From the NCBI GenBank assembly GCA_045613725.1, contig JAZLBN010000024.1, forward strand, positions 1-54,376: DNA of 54,376 nucleotides, read 5' to 3'. This DNA comes from Candidatus Gastranaerophilaceae bacterium (GTDB lineage: Bacteria; Cyanobacteriota; Vampirovibrionia; Gastranaerophilales; Gastranaerophilaceae). A program made the position numbers and the translations under genes. Each line of letters begins with the position of its first letter. The stretch's first letter is position 1. The notes under the pieces were generated by a model, which saw nothing but the letters and a program-made list of their open reading frames with translations, was not told the DNA's origin and did not search any database. Of this stretch, positions 34,301 through 42,442 are shown piece by piece.

Positions 34301-34882
34301 AAAGCAAAATTAGTATCAAAATTGACAATGATGCATTGTTTTGAGTTGTTTGCAGATCTGATGATTGGTTATGCGTATATAAATTTAGGTTCTTATAAAA
34401 AAGCTTCATTTATGCTTTATAAAATAGTGAAAACTACAAAAGAAAAGGGTTTAAAAGCTTTGGAACATATCGCTTGGTATGTGATGAGTGTATTACATCT
34501 TTCTGAGGGTAAATATGATTTGGCATATGGAGTCTTAAATAACTCGAATATTCAAATGGAAAAAAATGCTATGATTAGTGAATATTTGACAATGTTAAAT
34601 AAAGTTAACATGTTTAAAGTTTTGATGTGTATAGATTCTCGAGAGCAGGCGCAGATTTGTATGAATCAGGCTAATAATATTGTTCAAAAATATGGTATAA
34701 ATTTTAATCTTAATATTGACATTAAAAAAATTCTGTTGGAAAATTCTGGTAACAGCAGGGCTGAAAGAATGACAAATCAAGTTCAGTCCACTGAAGTCGT
34801 AAGAGAGAGTATAGAACAAGTTTCAGGATTTACCACTGAAAATGATGATGTAGTGAATCCTATGGAATTTTTCTCAGAATAA
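31307..34882 (+). CDS. 1191-aa multidomain protein: three zinc ribbons + degenerate class-III cyclase-like domain + degenerate AAA_16/STAND-like domain + helical (TPR-like) C-terminal half
   Basis: N-terminus CPKCG..CPNC / CPVC..CKKCG / CAKCG..CVKCG. FAILRIDFPNS...NNDIYVIRFN resembles the cyclase-homology blocks VTVLFADIVGFT...GDAVMAVF. LIYIENFEKIDESSMFVLKQLF resembles the AAA_16 Walker-B block (LVLEDLHWADxxS) with D replaced by N. No GxxxxGK[ST] is seen. The long helical C-terminal region has TPR-like periodicity. Confidence 0.8.
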   Translation: MECPKCGAEINKSAMVCPNCKKVLKIICPVCKTVNEKNTCKKCGEILVTKCAKCGKINLMKNKQCVKCGYSNEISAVLGESNTDSFAILRIDFPNSDVVKAKLGSNKLYQKFRANLDALIATYVQSINVRRQIINNDIYVIRFNKDYTLSASANSAILTTIELINIITKLNVKLLNKKGVALKCNFTIMQRDADKNPYDIDTRFHANMLYQSSSKSMKALDSFQVITDESFYEYYIEHYKMESLDSALVDGVMKRFYEMDLKEFVNIGDILRNEALKEKDDSEEMEVPTFVQSALIDQEKITQDVLNNEYNLLEEDIYDVQMINFEEINCTFIKTESFNVLDCIVQVLQQVPKGVFALKASTMYQPYTLKVLSAVDELGIYDNIVPITCHDDMRYSPYSFFRDLVSSVFEYTISQKLFDTNDFSMFASVDQKGLIRDLINLNQRPMNNMEETREYYCNVFLSLLQAIPNTLIYIENFEKIDESSMFVLKQLFEHLDELNISYLISYDKEYSLHHHAHFLLSRPYYTEVTLTPTPFEVIVGADSNFYKNILTDFYFQRIVKYACGSTLFLDYAIQYLVESEVYQYTEDSIIMVNPKTLIIPSSLEKLIKRRLNLLKDDTETIKFLTTMVLLGTRVDEKTILSLNINNWEKLGENLSNMGYLYSYNNCIYFPNYNLLRKCLLEVVKPEDLQAVAQNLFDLVYSNNMPNPTKAYLHDLVGDTQKIITEWENLANINLSMGDFSSYLNCSVEILNSLNKYSSSWSSENLMQYKQSLYDNVANNMYEYNPERTQVLAEETLNNLKQLNNIDKYVVFCTRMIQGAMEQGDYQYAMNLIHNVLSSLDNSSINPVAPNFNLHFLLMSVIYVKVLFNIGAYEDCLDIGYNVLNVLDDEKINSINYTIISKEEFKYLITECVGYVALVDVLTMKEDVEEFLEISNKLLGFIPEKYSIFVQLQRLIKGQDVKVSSNMIGEDPFSAILYYIINAFASYKNNSEAFAREIYKAKLVSKLTMMHCFELFADLMIGYAYINLGSYKKASFMLYKIVKTTKEKGLKALEHIAWYVMSVLHLSEGKYDLAYGVLNNSNIQMEKNAMISEYLTMLNKVNMFKVLMCIDSREQAQICMNQANNIVQKYGINFNLNIDIKKILLENSGNSRAERMTNQVQSTEVVRESIEQVSGFTTENDDVVNPMEFFSE

Positions 34883-34911
34883 TAAACTATCCGTTCAGAA
34901 AGAGAGGAAAA

Positions 34912-36357
34912 ATGAAGATATTATTTGCGTCTGCTGAAGTTGCACCGTTTTCAAAAGCAGGTGGTCTTGCTGATGTAGTAGGCAGTTTGCCGAAAGAGTT
35001 GGAAAAAGATGCTGAAATTGCCATTTTTACTCCGTTGCATGGGTGTATAGATAAAGAAAAATATGGAATCAAAGAATTAGAAAATTCTGAAATGTGGTTA
35101 ACTTTCGGTAATCAGCCTCATAAGTTTAATCTTTATATGACAAAGTTACCGGATACTAATATAAATGTATTTTTTGTAAAAAATGATTGGTATTTTTCTT
35201 GTTTTAAAGAGGTTTATCCAAAATATTTGGATCCAAGATATGAACATGAACGATATATTTCGTTTTCATTGGCTGTTATGGAATATGCGAAGGCTCTTAA
35301 CTTCAAGGCTGATGTTATTCACGCAAATGATTGGCATACTGCAATGTTACCGTTATATTTGCATTCAAATTATAAGTTTGACGAATTTTGGAAAGATACA
35401 AAATCAGTTTTTGAGATTCATAATTTAGCATACCAAGGAATTTGGTTTCAAGATGTTTTAGATTTTGCAAATATGAGAAAAGATATTGTATATAATCAAT
35501 GGGGCTGTGAACATTTTGATAGAGTTAATTGGATGAAGGGTGCTATAAATTATGCAGATAGAGTTGTAGCAGTTTCTCCAACTTATTCAAGAGAAATATT
35601 AGGTTCTGAATATGGGGAAGATATGGATTATACCCTTAGAGGAGTGCAAAATAAATTGCGTGGAATCTTGAACGGTATTGATTATTCTGTTTTCGACCCT
35701 AAAAAAGATAAAGCTCTTGTGAAAAATTATGATGTGAAATCTTTATCTAAAAAAGAGGAAAATAAAAAAGCTATTTGTGAATTTTTTGGATTGGAATATA
35801 AGCCAGACAGACCACTTATTGCCTTAATTTCTCGTTTGGTAGACCAAAAAGGTATAGATTTAATTCGTGATATGCAATATGAATTACAGAATTTAGATGC
35901 CGATTTCATCTTTATTGGTAGTGGAGATAGCTCTTATGAAAATTTATTTATTTGGTTATCAAATAATACAAAAAATATAAGAGCTTATGTTGGCTATGAT
36001 GCAAAATTGGCAAATCTTCTATATGCTGGTAGTGACTTTTTCTTAATGCCATCTAAGTTTGAGCCATGTGGTTTAAGTCAATTGATTGCAATGCGCTATG
36101 GTTCATTACCAATAGTTAGAGCCACTGGAGGCTTAGAAGATACAGTTACTGGGTATCCTTTGGATAATTCAAATGGCTTTAAGTTCTGGTCGTATAATGG
36201 TTGGGATATGCTGAATGCTATAAAATGTGCATTGTATGTATATTCTGATAAATATGTGTTTGATGCAATGAGAAAATCTGCAATGGAAGCTGATTTTTCT
36301 TGGAAACGTAGCTCAGCACAATATATGTCAATGTATAAAGAAATTACTAATCAATAA
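34912..36357 (+). CDS. glgA: glycogen (starch) synthase GlgA (GT5)
   Basis: KILFASAEVAPFSKAGGLADVVGSLPKEL (KxGGL), HANDWHTA, IHNLAYQG, SRLVDQKG, MPSKFEPCGLSQL. SD GAGAGGAAAA. Confidence 0.96.
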   Translation: MKILFASAEVAPFSKAGGLADVVGSLPKELEKDAEIAIFTPLHGCIDKEKYGIKELENSEMWLTFGNQPHKFNLYMTKLPDTNINVFFVKNDWYFSCFKEVYPKYLDPRYEHERYISFSLAVMEYAKALNFKADVIHANDWHTAMLPLYLHSNYKFDEFWKDTKSVFEIHNLAYQGIWFQDVLDFANMRKDIVYNQWGCEHFDRVNWMKGAINYADRVVAVSPTYSREILGSEYGEDMDYTLRGVQNKLRGILNGIDYSVFDPKKDKALVKNYDVKSLSKKEENKKAICEFFGLEYKPDRPLIALISRLVDQKGIDLIRDMQYELQNLDADFIFIGSGDSSYENLFIWLSNNTKNIRAYVGYDAKLANLLYAGSDFFLMPSKFEPCGLSQLIAMRYGSLPIVRATGGLEDTVTGYPLDNSNGFKFWSYNGWDMLNAIKCALYVYSDKYVFDAMRKSAMEADFSWKRSSAQYMSMYKEITNQ

Positions 36358-36358
36358 T

Positions 36359-36385
36359 GTTGGGTAAATATATATTTACCCCAAC
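36359..36385 (+). terminator. long AT-rich hairpin after glgA (possible terminator, no clear U-tract)
   Basis: GTTGGGTAAATAT/ATATTTACCCCAAC is a near-perfect palindrome (one bulged G) starting 2 nt after the stop. Confidence 0.4.
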
Positions 36386-36449
36386 TACTTGCAAATAAGT
36401 CATTTATATTATATTATTAATACATTGACAAGAAAAGTGAGGTTTTATA

Positions 36450-36689
36450 ATGGATCAAATAATTAAAGTAGCGTGGGATTTAAACGAAAATAGCGATAAT
36501 AGATACAGATTAGTATACGAAATTGCTGAGTTAGCAAAGAAAATTGTTGATGAAAATCAAGCAAGAAAAGCTCGTGAAGATTTCGGTTTTGATGAAGTTC
36601 ATGAAGCTACTTATACTAAAGAAAATCCTGTTGAACACGCTTTGATGGTAAAAGCATCTGAAGCAGATGACAACAGATTAGTTGGTTAA
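36450..36689 (+). CDS. rpoZ: DNA-directed RNA polymerase omega subunit-like protein (cyanobacterial-type RpoZ)
   Basis: 79 aa. SDNRYRLVYEIAELAKKI matches the omega core (xSNRYxxxxxVAxRAK). An acidic EDFGFDE... segment follows, as in cyanobacterial RpoZ. SD GTGAGG. Confidence 0.55.
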   Translation: MDQIIKVAWDLNENSDNRYRLVYEIAELAKKIVDENQARKAREDFGFDEVHEATYTKENPVEHALMVKASEADDNRLVG

Positions 36690-36700
36690 TAATATTTCAA

Positions 36701-36736
36701 AAGGCACAAAAACAAATTTGTTTTTGTGCCTTTTTG
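36701..36736 (+). terminator. rho-independent terminator
   Basis: AAGGCACAAAAACAAA/TTTGTTTTTGTGCCTT perfect long hairpin followed by TTTT. Confidence 0.85.
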
Positions 36737-36790
36737 TAAGGAAATGGTGTATAATTTTTTGAGTATTTGGGAATTAGTGAGGGGTAATAT

Positions 36791-37594
36791 ATGTTAAAAG
36801 ATACATTGGATTATATTGAGACTTTTACTGATGGTTTCACACCTGAAGTTGGTATTATATTAGGTTCAGGTCTTGGTGAATTGGCAGACAAATACAAAGA
36901 GTTTGCAATTCCTTATAGTAAAATCCCTGGTTTTGTGAAATCAACTGTTTCAGGGCACAGAGGTCAGTTAGTTTTTGCAGAAATAAATGGTAAAAAAGTT
37001 GTTATGATGCAGGGTCGTAATCATTATTACGAAGGTCATTCAATGCAAGATATAACATATCCAGTTAAGGTTATGAAAAAGTTAGGTGTTAAAACCCTAA
37101 TTATAACAAATGCTGCAGGTGCAATAAATAAAAGTTTTAGACCTGGGGATTTGATGGTAATCACTGATCATATTAATTTGATGGGATCAAACCCTTTGAT
37201 TGGAGCAAATGATGAGACATTTGGTACAAGATTCCCTGATATGTCTGAAGTTTATAATAAGAAACTTATAAAAATTGTTGATGGCGTTGCAAGAGCATTA
37301 AAAATTGATATTAAACACGGTGTTTATGTAGCTTCTTCTGGACCAAGTTATGAAACTCCTGCCGAAATTAAAATGGCGAGATATATGGGTGGAGATGCGG
37401 CTGGAATGTCAACTGTTCCAGAGGCAATAGTGGCTAATTATTGTGGAATAAAGGTTCTTGGAATCAGTTGTATTTCTAATTTTGCTAGTGGTATTTCTAA
37501 TAAAAAACTTTCTCATGATGAAGTTATTGAAACTACCGCAAATGTAAAAGCTAAGTTTAAAGAGTTAGTTTTGAATATTTTAAAAGTTATTTAG
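36791..37594 (+). CDS. punA: purine nucleoside phosphorylase (PNP family 2 / PunA-type, trimeric)
   Basis: GIILGSGLG, VSGHRGQLVFAE, MQGRNHYYEG, ITNAAGAIN, GPSYETPAE, AAGMSTVPE. Confidence 0.93.
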   Translation: MLKDTLDYIETFTDGFTPEVGIILGSGLGELADKYKEFAIPYSKIPGFVKSTVSGHRGQLVFAEINGKKVVMMQGRNHYYEGHSMQDITYPVKVMKKLGVKTLIITNAAGAINKSFRPGDLMVITDHINLMGSNPLIGANDETFGTRFPDMSEVYNKKLIKIVDGVARALKIDIKHGVYVASSGPSYETPAEIKMARYMGGDAAGMSTVPEAIVANYCGIKVLGISCISNFASGISNKKLSHDEVIETTANVKAKFKELVLNILKVI

Positions 37595-37595
37595 T

Positions 37596-37629
37596 AAAAA
37601 AAGATTGCCAAACGGCAATCTTTTTTTTA
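37596..37629. terminator. bidirectional rho-independent terminator
   Basis: AAAAAA-AGATTGCC-aaac-GGCAATCT-TTTTTTTT, between convergent genes. Confidence 0.85.
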
Positions 37630-37630
37630 T

Positions 37631-38050
37631 TTATTTGTCTTTACTTATATTATCTATTTCTTCATTCAGATTTTTTATTTGTATTTCAAGTTGAGTTCTT
37701 TCATCTGCGACTGTATTGAAAGCTTTTTCTAAGGTTTTAATTTTAGCCTCTAAAACTTCTACTCTAGAAGCATTATTTAATCCTGAAACAGAAGTTTTTT
37801 CTAGTTCTCTTTGGTAAGCTTTAACTTTATCCTTTTGAGCTGATAAAAACATATAAATAATTCCAGCACCAACAAAGATTCCCGCAGACAGTGAAATAAG
37901 TGTATAAAGCCCTAAGCTAAAAGTTTTTTGTACATTGCTAAGAGTATTTAGTAAATAATTTATAGTTACGATATTTTCAAAGTTGATTGTCGCAAGATAT
38001 ATAAAGCTGAGTAATAAAATAATGCTTAGCGCTAAAAATATTCTTTTCAT
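37631..38050 (-). CDS. small membrane protein with two TM segments and a C-terminal coiled coil (LapA/DUF1049-like)
   Basis: TM1 IFLALSIILLLSFIYLA, TM2 LYTLISLSAGIFVGAGIIYMF, then heptad-rich KVKAYQRELEKT...LEAKIKTLEKAFNTV...QIKNLNEEI. Confidence 0.5.
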   Translation of the reverse strand: MKRIFLALSIILLLSFIYLATINFENIVTINYLLNTLSNVQKTFSLGLYTLISLSAGIFVGAGIIYMFLSAQKDKVKAYQRELEKTSVSGLNNASRVEVLEAKIKTLEKAFNTVADERTQLEIQIKNLNEEIDNISKDK

Positions 38051-38051
38051 G

Positions 38052-38966
38052 TTAACCTCTCTTGTTTTTAAAATAGGTTAGAACTTTTGATAATTTATCA
38101 TCTGGTTCTATTGTTAGTTCAATTATCTCTGCTGAAAATGGTTTTGCAAATTTTAAATAAAATGATTGTAAGACTTGTTCTTCTGTTTTTATTTTGCTTT
38201 TGTGTGCTCCATATAAAGAGTCGTTGAATACCGGATGGTTTTTAGAGCTTGTATGGACTCTTATTTGATGAGTTCTTCCTGTTATTAGTGTCAATTCAAC
38301 ATAAGTTGCTTCTTTAAATCTTTCAAGAACTTTTATAATTGTTTTGCTTGGTTTTCCTTCAGGGGCAACACACATTTTATGAGGTTGTGTTTTATGACGT
38401 CCGATAGGTGACTCAATTGTATCTTCGTCAATTGGATAATTTCCTTGTAAGATTGCTCGATATTTTTTTGTTAGGTTATGATTTTTTATCATATCTGCCA
38501 AATATTCGTGTGTTTTATTGTTTTTTGCAATCATCAAAAGTCCGGATGTGTTTCTATCAAGTCTATGAACTATTCCTCGTCTAAATTCTCCGTTCAAATC
38601 TGATAAGTTTGGTCCGTATTTATATAATAAAGCATTAACTAAAGTTCCGGATGTTTCTAAGGGGGTTGGGTGAGTTAACATAGCTGAAGGTTTGTTTACA
38701 ACAGCCATATTTTCATCTTCCCAAATAATTTCTAATGGAATATTTTCTGGTTCGATTTTTATTATGGTATCTTCGATTAAATTTTCAAATTCTACTTTGT
38801 CTCTATCCTTTAAAATGTAAGAAGGTTTTTTGCTTAAGCCGTTGACAGTAATTTTCCCCGATTTTATTGAGGTTTGGATTTTTGATCGAGAGATACCTTC
38901 GTATAATTCGGATAAAAATAAATCTAGCCTTATATCTTCTGAATTTTCATCAATTATTAAAAGCAT
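38052..38966 (-). CDS. rluD: 23S rRNA pseudouridine synthase, RluA/RluD family (S4 domain + catalytic domain)
   Basis: S4-like N-terminus (RLDLFLSE...SRSKIQTSIKSGKITVNG). Catalytic HRLDRNTSGLLMIAKN. KKYRAILQG, GRTHQIRVH. Confidence 0.9.
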   Translation of the reverse strand: MLLIIDENSEDIRLDLFLSELYEGISRSKIQTSIKSGKITVNGLSKKPSYILKDRDKVEFENLIEDTIIKIEPENIPLEIIWEDENMAVVNKPSAMLTHPTPLETSGTLVNALLYKYGPNLSDLNGEFRRGIVHRLDRNTSGLLMIAKNNKTHEYLADMIKNHNLTKKYRAILQGNYPIDEDTIESPIGRHKTQPHKMCVAPEGKPSKTIIKVLERFKEATYVELTLITGRTHQIRVHTSSKNHPVFNDSLYGAHKSKIKTEEQVLQSFYLKFAKPFSAEIIELTIEPDDKLSKVLTYFKNKRG

Positions 38967-38969
38967 ATG

Positions 38970-39434
38970 TTATCTTCCTTTGTAGAATAATAATATTGCA
39001 ATTAGCGAGATTACTCCTACTGTGATAAATATATCTGCAATATTAAATATTGGGAAGTTCATGAAATTTAAGTGTATATAGTCTCTAACATAACCAAGAA
39101 CAATTCTTTCGTGGCAATTACTCATGATTCCTGCACTTAATAGTGCAATAAATGAAATTGAAATCATATTTAGACTTCTTATATGGTTATGTACGTATGT
39201 GAATAAAAATGTTGTTGCAACAATAGATACTATTATTAAAAATTCTCTTGCGTTTTGTAAAAGGCTGAATGCAGCTCCTGTATTTTTTAAATAATGTAGG
39301 CTAAATACTGCATTTGTATACTGATGTCCAGATGTTATATTATCAACAATTAATTTAGATGTGAATAATGCTAAAAACATCCAGAAAGCAAAACTTGCAA
39401 TGAAAAATATGTATTTACCGATTGAAGTGTTCAT
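38970..39434 (-). CDS. lspA: lipoprotein signal peptidase (signal peptidase II)
   Basis: Four TM segments. NTGAAFSLL and FPIFNIADIFITVG carry the catalytic Asp motifs. Confidence 0.9.
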   Translation of the reverse strand: MNTSIGKYIFFIASFAFWMFLALFTSKLIVDNITSGHQYTNAVFSLHYLKNTGAAFSLLQNAREFLIIVSIVATTFLFTYVHNHIRSLNMISISFIALLSAGIMSNCHERIVLGYVRDYIHLNFMNFPIFNIADIFITVGVISLIAILLFYKGR

Positions 39435-40328
39435 TTATTCCTCTATTTCTATAAAATTGTTTTTTGGAACTACATTAACTCTTTTCATAATGCACGCTAA
39501 ACCAGCCATATAAATTCTGTAGCGGTCATCGTTAAGGTTTTCAACCCTAGAAATTACCAATGAAGCAACAGCATATTCGTTTAAGTTATCAGTGTTAGCT
39601 TTTATTAGTCTTTCTAAAGTTTGGGATTGCCCAATTGCTCTAAGCTCTGTTTTTGGTGTTGATGGAGGATATTTTATCGTATCATTATCAATAGATCCGA
39701 TAACAAGCATGTTTTCATCCATATCAACTTGAAGGCTTGCGGTGTATGTTCCGCCTGCAGAAACTTGAGAAGGAGAGTTCAACTCAATATTCATGAATCT
39801 GGCATCACCGTATAATAATGTCGATTCGTCAGATATTGTTGTGTCTCCCGAAATGTACCAATTTCCATTGATTTTTATAAGGTGGTAGATACCAATCGCT
39901 TTTGAGTGAATTTCACCAGCGACAGGAACTGATTCAATAGTTTCGAATAGTGTACCTGATGCAGTTTCTTCAACATTTACGCTTGCATTATCTCCATTTA
40001 ATTCAATAGATATTATTTTTGTATCGTAAGTTAAATCATCACAAGCTTGCCAAGTTGAATCTACTGTTTTAAAAAATGCAGCTTTATCAAATCCATCATT
40101 GTTGATGTAGTCATCAGTGTAGAATGGTTTGAGTGCTTGGATATCATGAGCGTTTGCATACTTGTCGTGTAATTTGAATAATTTTTTTATCTCTTTAATG
40201 TCGTTACGCTGTTCTCTTTTTTGTTCAAGTCTATAACTTCTGTCAGAAATAAATGACGCTTCTGTTTTTATTTCTGTTATAGGTAAAATTAATGTTGTTA
40301 AAATTATTGTAAATATAAACTTTTTCAT
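39435..40328 (-). CDS. hypothetical secreted protein (NTF2/SnoaL-like N-terminal half suspected)
   Basis: Signal peptide MKKFIFTIILTTLILPITEIKTEA. ANAHDIQALKPFYTDDYINNDG...WYISGD resembles an NTF2-like fold signature. Abuts lspA (0-nt gap). Confidence 0.55.
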   Translation of the reverse strand: MKKFIFTIILTTLILPITEIKTEASFISDRSYRLEQKREQRNDIKEIKKLFKLHDKYANAHDIQALKPFYTDDYINNDGFDKAAFFKTVDSTWQACDDLTYDTKIISIELNGDNASVNVEETASGTLFETIESVPVAGEIHSKAIGIYHLIKINGNWYISGDTTISDESTLLYGDARFMNIELNSPSQVSAGGTYTASLQVDMDENMLVIGSIDNDTIKYPPSTPKTELRAIGQSQTLERLIKANTDNLNEYAVASLVISRVENLNDDRYRIYMAGLACIMKRVNVVPKNNFIEIEE

Positions 40329-40486
40329 ACTAATAGTATAGTTTAAATTTGAAAAAATTTTAATAGTATAAATAATGTAGATTATTAGTTTTTCTTTATA
40401 TTTCTTAAAAAAGTGTAATTGTAACTATAAATTTGGGTATAGATATATTAGCCGAATAAGCAAACTTGTTGGAGGATAATAAGGAT

Positions 40487-40666
40487 ATGGCTGCTACCCT
40501 AAACAGAGCTAGTGATATTGATTTGATTGAAAAAATTAAAATAGTTACTGAAATATGTAAAATATCAAATTTAGAAAACATGATTTATAATTTTTTTGAT
40601 AGTTTATCAGATGACAATCCTGTAAACTATGTTGGAGAATTGAATAAAAATGATGTGATGCACTAA
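40487..40666 (+). CDS. small acidic hypothetical protein (59 aa)
   Basis: ATG preceded by GGAGGA at good spacing (trimmed from the track's TTG at 40466). No recognisable domain. Confidence 0.4.
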   Translation: MAATLNRASDIDLIEKIKIVTEICKISNLENMIYNFFDSLSDDNPVNYVGELNKNDVMH

Positions 40667-40748
40667 TTTAGTGTAAATTATTTTTTAAAATTTGTGGAAT
40701 CTAATGTTTTCATGCTATCATAATACTGTTATAGTAAAGGAAATAAAA

Positions 40749-41753
40749 ATGAGTTTAACAGTATATTTAGGGATAGATGTAGGTTCAGTTACAACAAAAT
40801 TAGCGCTAGTTGATGAAACTGGTAAATATGTAGATAGTGTAATGTTAAAAACCGCAGGGAAACCTGTTTTAGCGGTTCAAACTGGTTTGACAAAATTATA
40901 TGAGAAAAAGTTGACTGAATATGATGTGAAAGGTGTTGGGACAACTGGTTCTGGTAGAGCTTTAGCAGGGTCTTTAGTAGGTGCTGATGTCGTAAAAAAC
41001 GAAATTACAGCTCACGCAGTTGCTGCAAGTACTAATATCCCAGGTGTTCAAACTATTTTAGAAATTGGTGGGCAAGATAGTAAGATTATTATTTTAAGAG
41101 ATGGTATTGTTACTGATTTTGCTATGAATACTGTCTGCGCTGCTGGTACTGGAAGTTTCTTGGATCACCAAGCGCAAAGATTAAATGTTCCTATAGAAGA
41201 ATTTGGACCAACTGCTTTAAAATCAACAAATCCAGCTCGTATAGCTGGTCGCTGTGGGGTTTTTGCAGAATCTGATTTGATTCACAAACAACAATTAGGA
41301 TATCCGGTTGAAGATTTGTTGTACGGATTATGCCAAGCACTTGTTAGAAACTATTTGAGTAACCTAGCTTTAGGAAAAGAACTTTTACCTACGGTTTCTT
41401 TCCAAGGTGGTGTTGCAACAAATACAGGTATGGTAAAAGCTTTTGAAGAAGCGTTGAATACAAAAATTGTTGTTCCTGAAAATCATCAAACGATGGGTGC
41501 AATTGGTGCAGCTTTATTAGCGATGGAGAATCACCAATATACAGAAGCTCCAACTAAATTCAAAGGTTGGAATGTTGCAGATATGCATTTTTCTTCTATA
41601 ACTTGTACTTGTACAGGTTGTTCAAACAATTGTGAAGTTATTACAATTGTTGAAGGTGTTGAAGAAATTCAGCATGTTGAAAAGATTAAAGATGTGAAAG
41701 GTAATATTATTGCTCGTTGGGGCGGTACTTGTGGTCGTTGGGATATAAGTTAG
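40749..41753 (+). CDS. BadF/BadG/BcrA/BcrD-type ATPase (2-hydroxyacyl-CoA dehydratase activase-like 'archerase') with Cys-rich C-terminal tail
   Basis: Actin-fold motifs GIDVGSVTTKLAL, GTTGSGR, EIGGQDSKII, and the cluster-bridging Cys contexts NTVCAAGTGSFL and AGRCGVFAESD. Also FQGGVATN, MGAIGAALLA. Tail CTCTGCSNNCEV...GGTCGRW. Start trimmed to ATG 40749 (AAGGAA). Confidence 0.8.
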   Translation: MSLTVYLGIDVGSVTTKLALVDETGKYVDSVMLKTAGKPVLAVQTGLTKLYEKKLTEYDVKGVGTTGSGRALAGSLVGADVVKNEITAHAVAASTNIPGVQTILEIGGQDSKIIILRDGIVTDFAMNTVCAAGTGSFLDHQAQRLNVPIEEFGPTALKSTNPARIAGRCGVFAESDLIHKQQLGYPVEDLLYGLCQALVRNYLSNLALGKELLPTVSFQGGVATNTGMVKAFEEALNTKIVVPENHQTMGAIGAALLAMENHQYTEAPTKFKGWNVADMHFSSITCTCTGCSNNCEVITIVEGVEEIQHVEKIKDVKGNIIARWGGTCGRWDIS

Positions 41754-41761
41754 GATAATAA

Positions 41762-42430
41762 ATGCAAAATTTTGGACAAGGATTACAAAGAACTTCTATA
41801 TTACAGGAGTTGTCCGGTGGGAACGCCGAACTAGGAGAAGCTTTTGCTTTGATAATTGATGATATGGTTGTCCAAAGTGGTATTACAAATCCTGAAGCTG
41901 AACCCTTTGATGTTACTCCCGATTCGTGGAGAACTTTGGCTAGCAAGCCCAATAAATCACCTGATGAAATTAAAGAATTAGATGAATCTTTAAAAGCTGA
42001 AATCTATTCTTTGGCTGAATCTTATCTACTTTATATTGCAAGAGAAACTCGTAATTTGACAGGAAAACTTGAATATCAGCAGTATGAAGCTTTCTTGTTA
42101 AAACATCGTTTTGGACGTTATGATGTGATGAACAAACCAGAATATTTGAACAAGGTTAAAGTTCAAATTCGTAATGCATTTAATAAAATATCAGCTCACG
42201 GAGAGCCTGCAGGTGATAACTTGATTGATAAGCATGACATGGCCGCTTATATTTATGCTCTAGCAACACGTTCGCGACGAGATGAAAATGGTAAGTTTCT
42301 CGGGTTTGAAATAAATGGTTATATAAAACCAGAAGAGTATGCTGTATCTGAAAATAATCTTTTCGAGGCTGATGATAACCTATTTTCAGTGAAATTGCGT
42401 GTCGCATTTACTGCTTTGAAAAATATATAA
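41762..42430 (+). CDS. hypothetical cytoplasmic protein (Cys-free, 222 aa)
   Basis: Begins 8 nt after the activase stop, so probably co-transcribed. No recognisable motif beyond a weak EF-hand-like segment, DENGKFLGFEINGYIKPEE. Confidence 0.55.
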   Translation: MQNFGQGLQRTSILQELSGGNAELGEAFALIIDDMVVQSGITNPEAEPFDVTPDSWRTLASKPNKSPDEIKELDESLKAEIYSLAESYLLYIARETRNLTGKLEYQQYEAFLLKHRFGRYDVMNKPEYLNKVKVQIRNAFNKISAHGEPAGDNLIDKHDMAAYIYALATRSRRDENGKFLGFEINGYIKPEEYAVSENNLFEADDNLFSVKLRVAFTALKNI

Positions 42431-42442
42431 TTGAGGGTAAGT

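Noticed and set aside
25785-35909. Antisense or overlapping ORFs (25785-26063, 26137-26331, 28413-28601, 29280-29537, 29929-30534, 30082-30339, 31027-31254, 31294-31551, 34143-34409, 34595-34819, 34887-35072, 35183-35428, 35727-35909).
   Set aside because: They are embedded in bioF, ruvB, the MFS gene, the 1191-aa gene or glgA. The 201-aa ORF 29929-30534 is the typical hydrophobic mirror of a membrane-protein gene.
36425-36452. TTGACA plus TATAAT-like sequence in front of the rpoZ-like gene.
   Set aside because: The spacing is only ~15 nt and the '-10' overlaps the ATG itself. The GTGAGG between them is better explained as the SD. The true promoter is probably further upstream.
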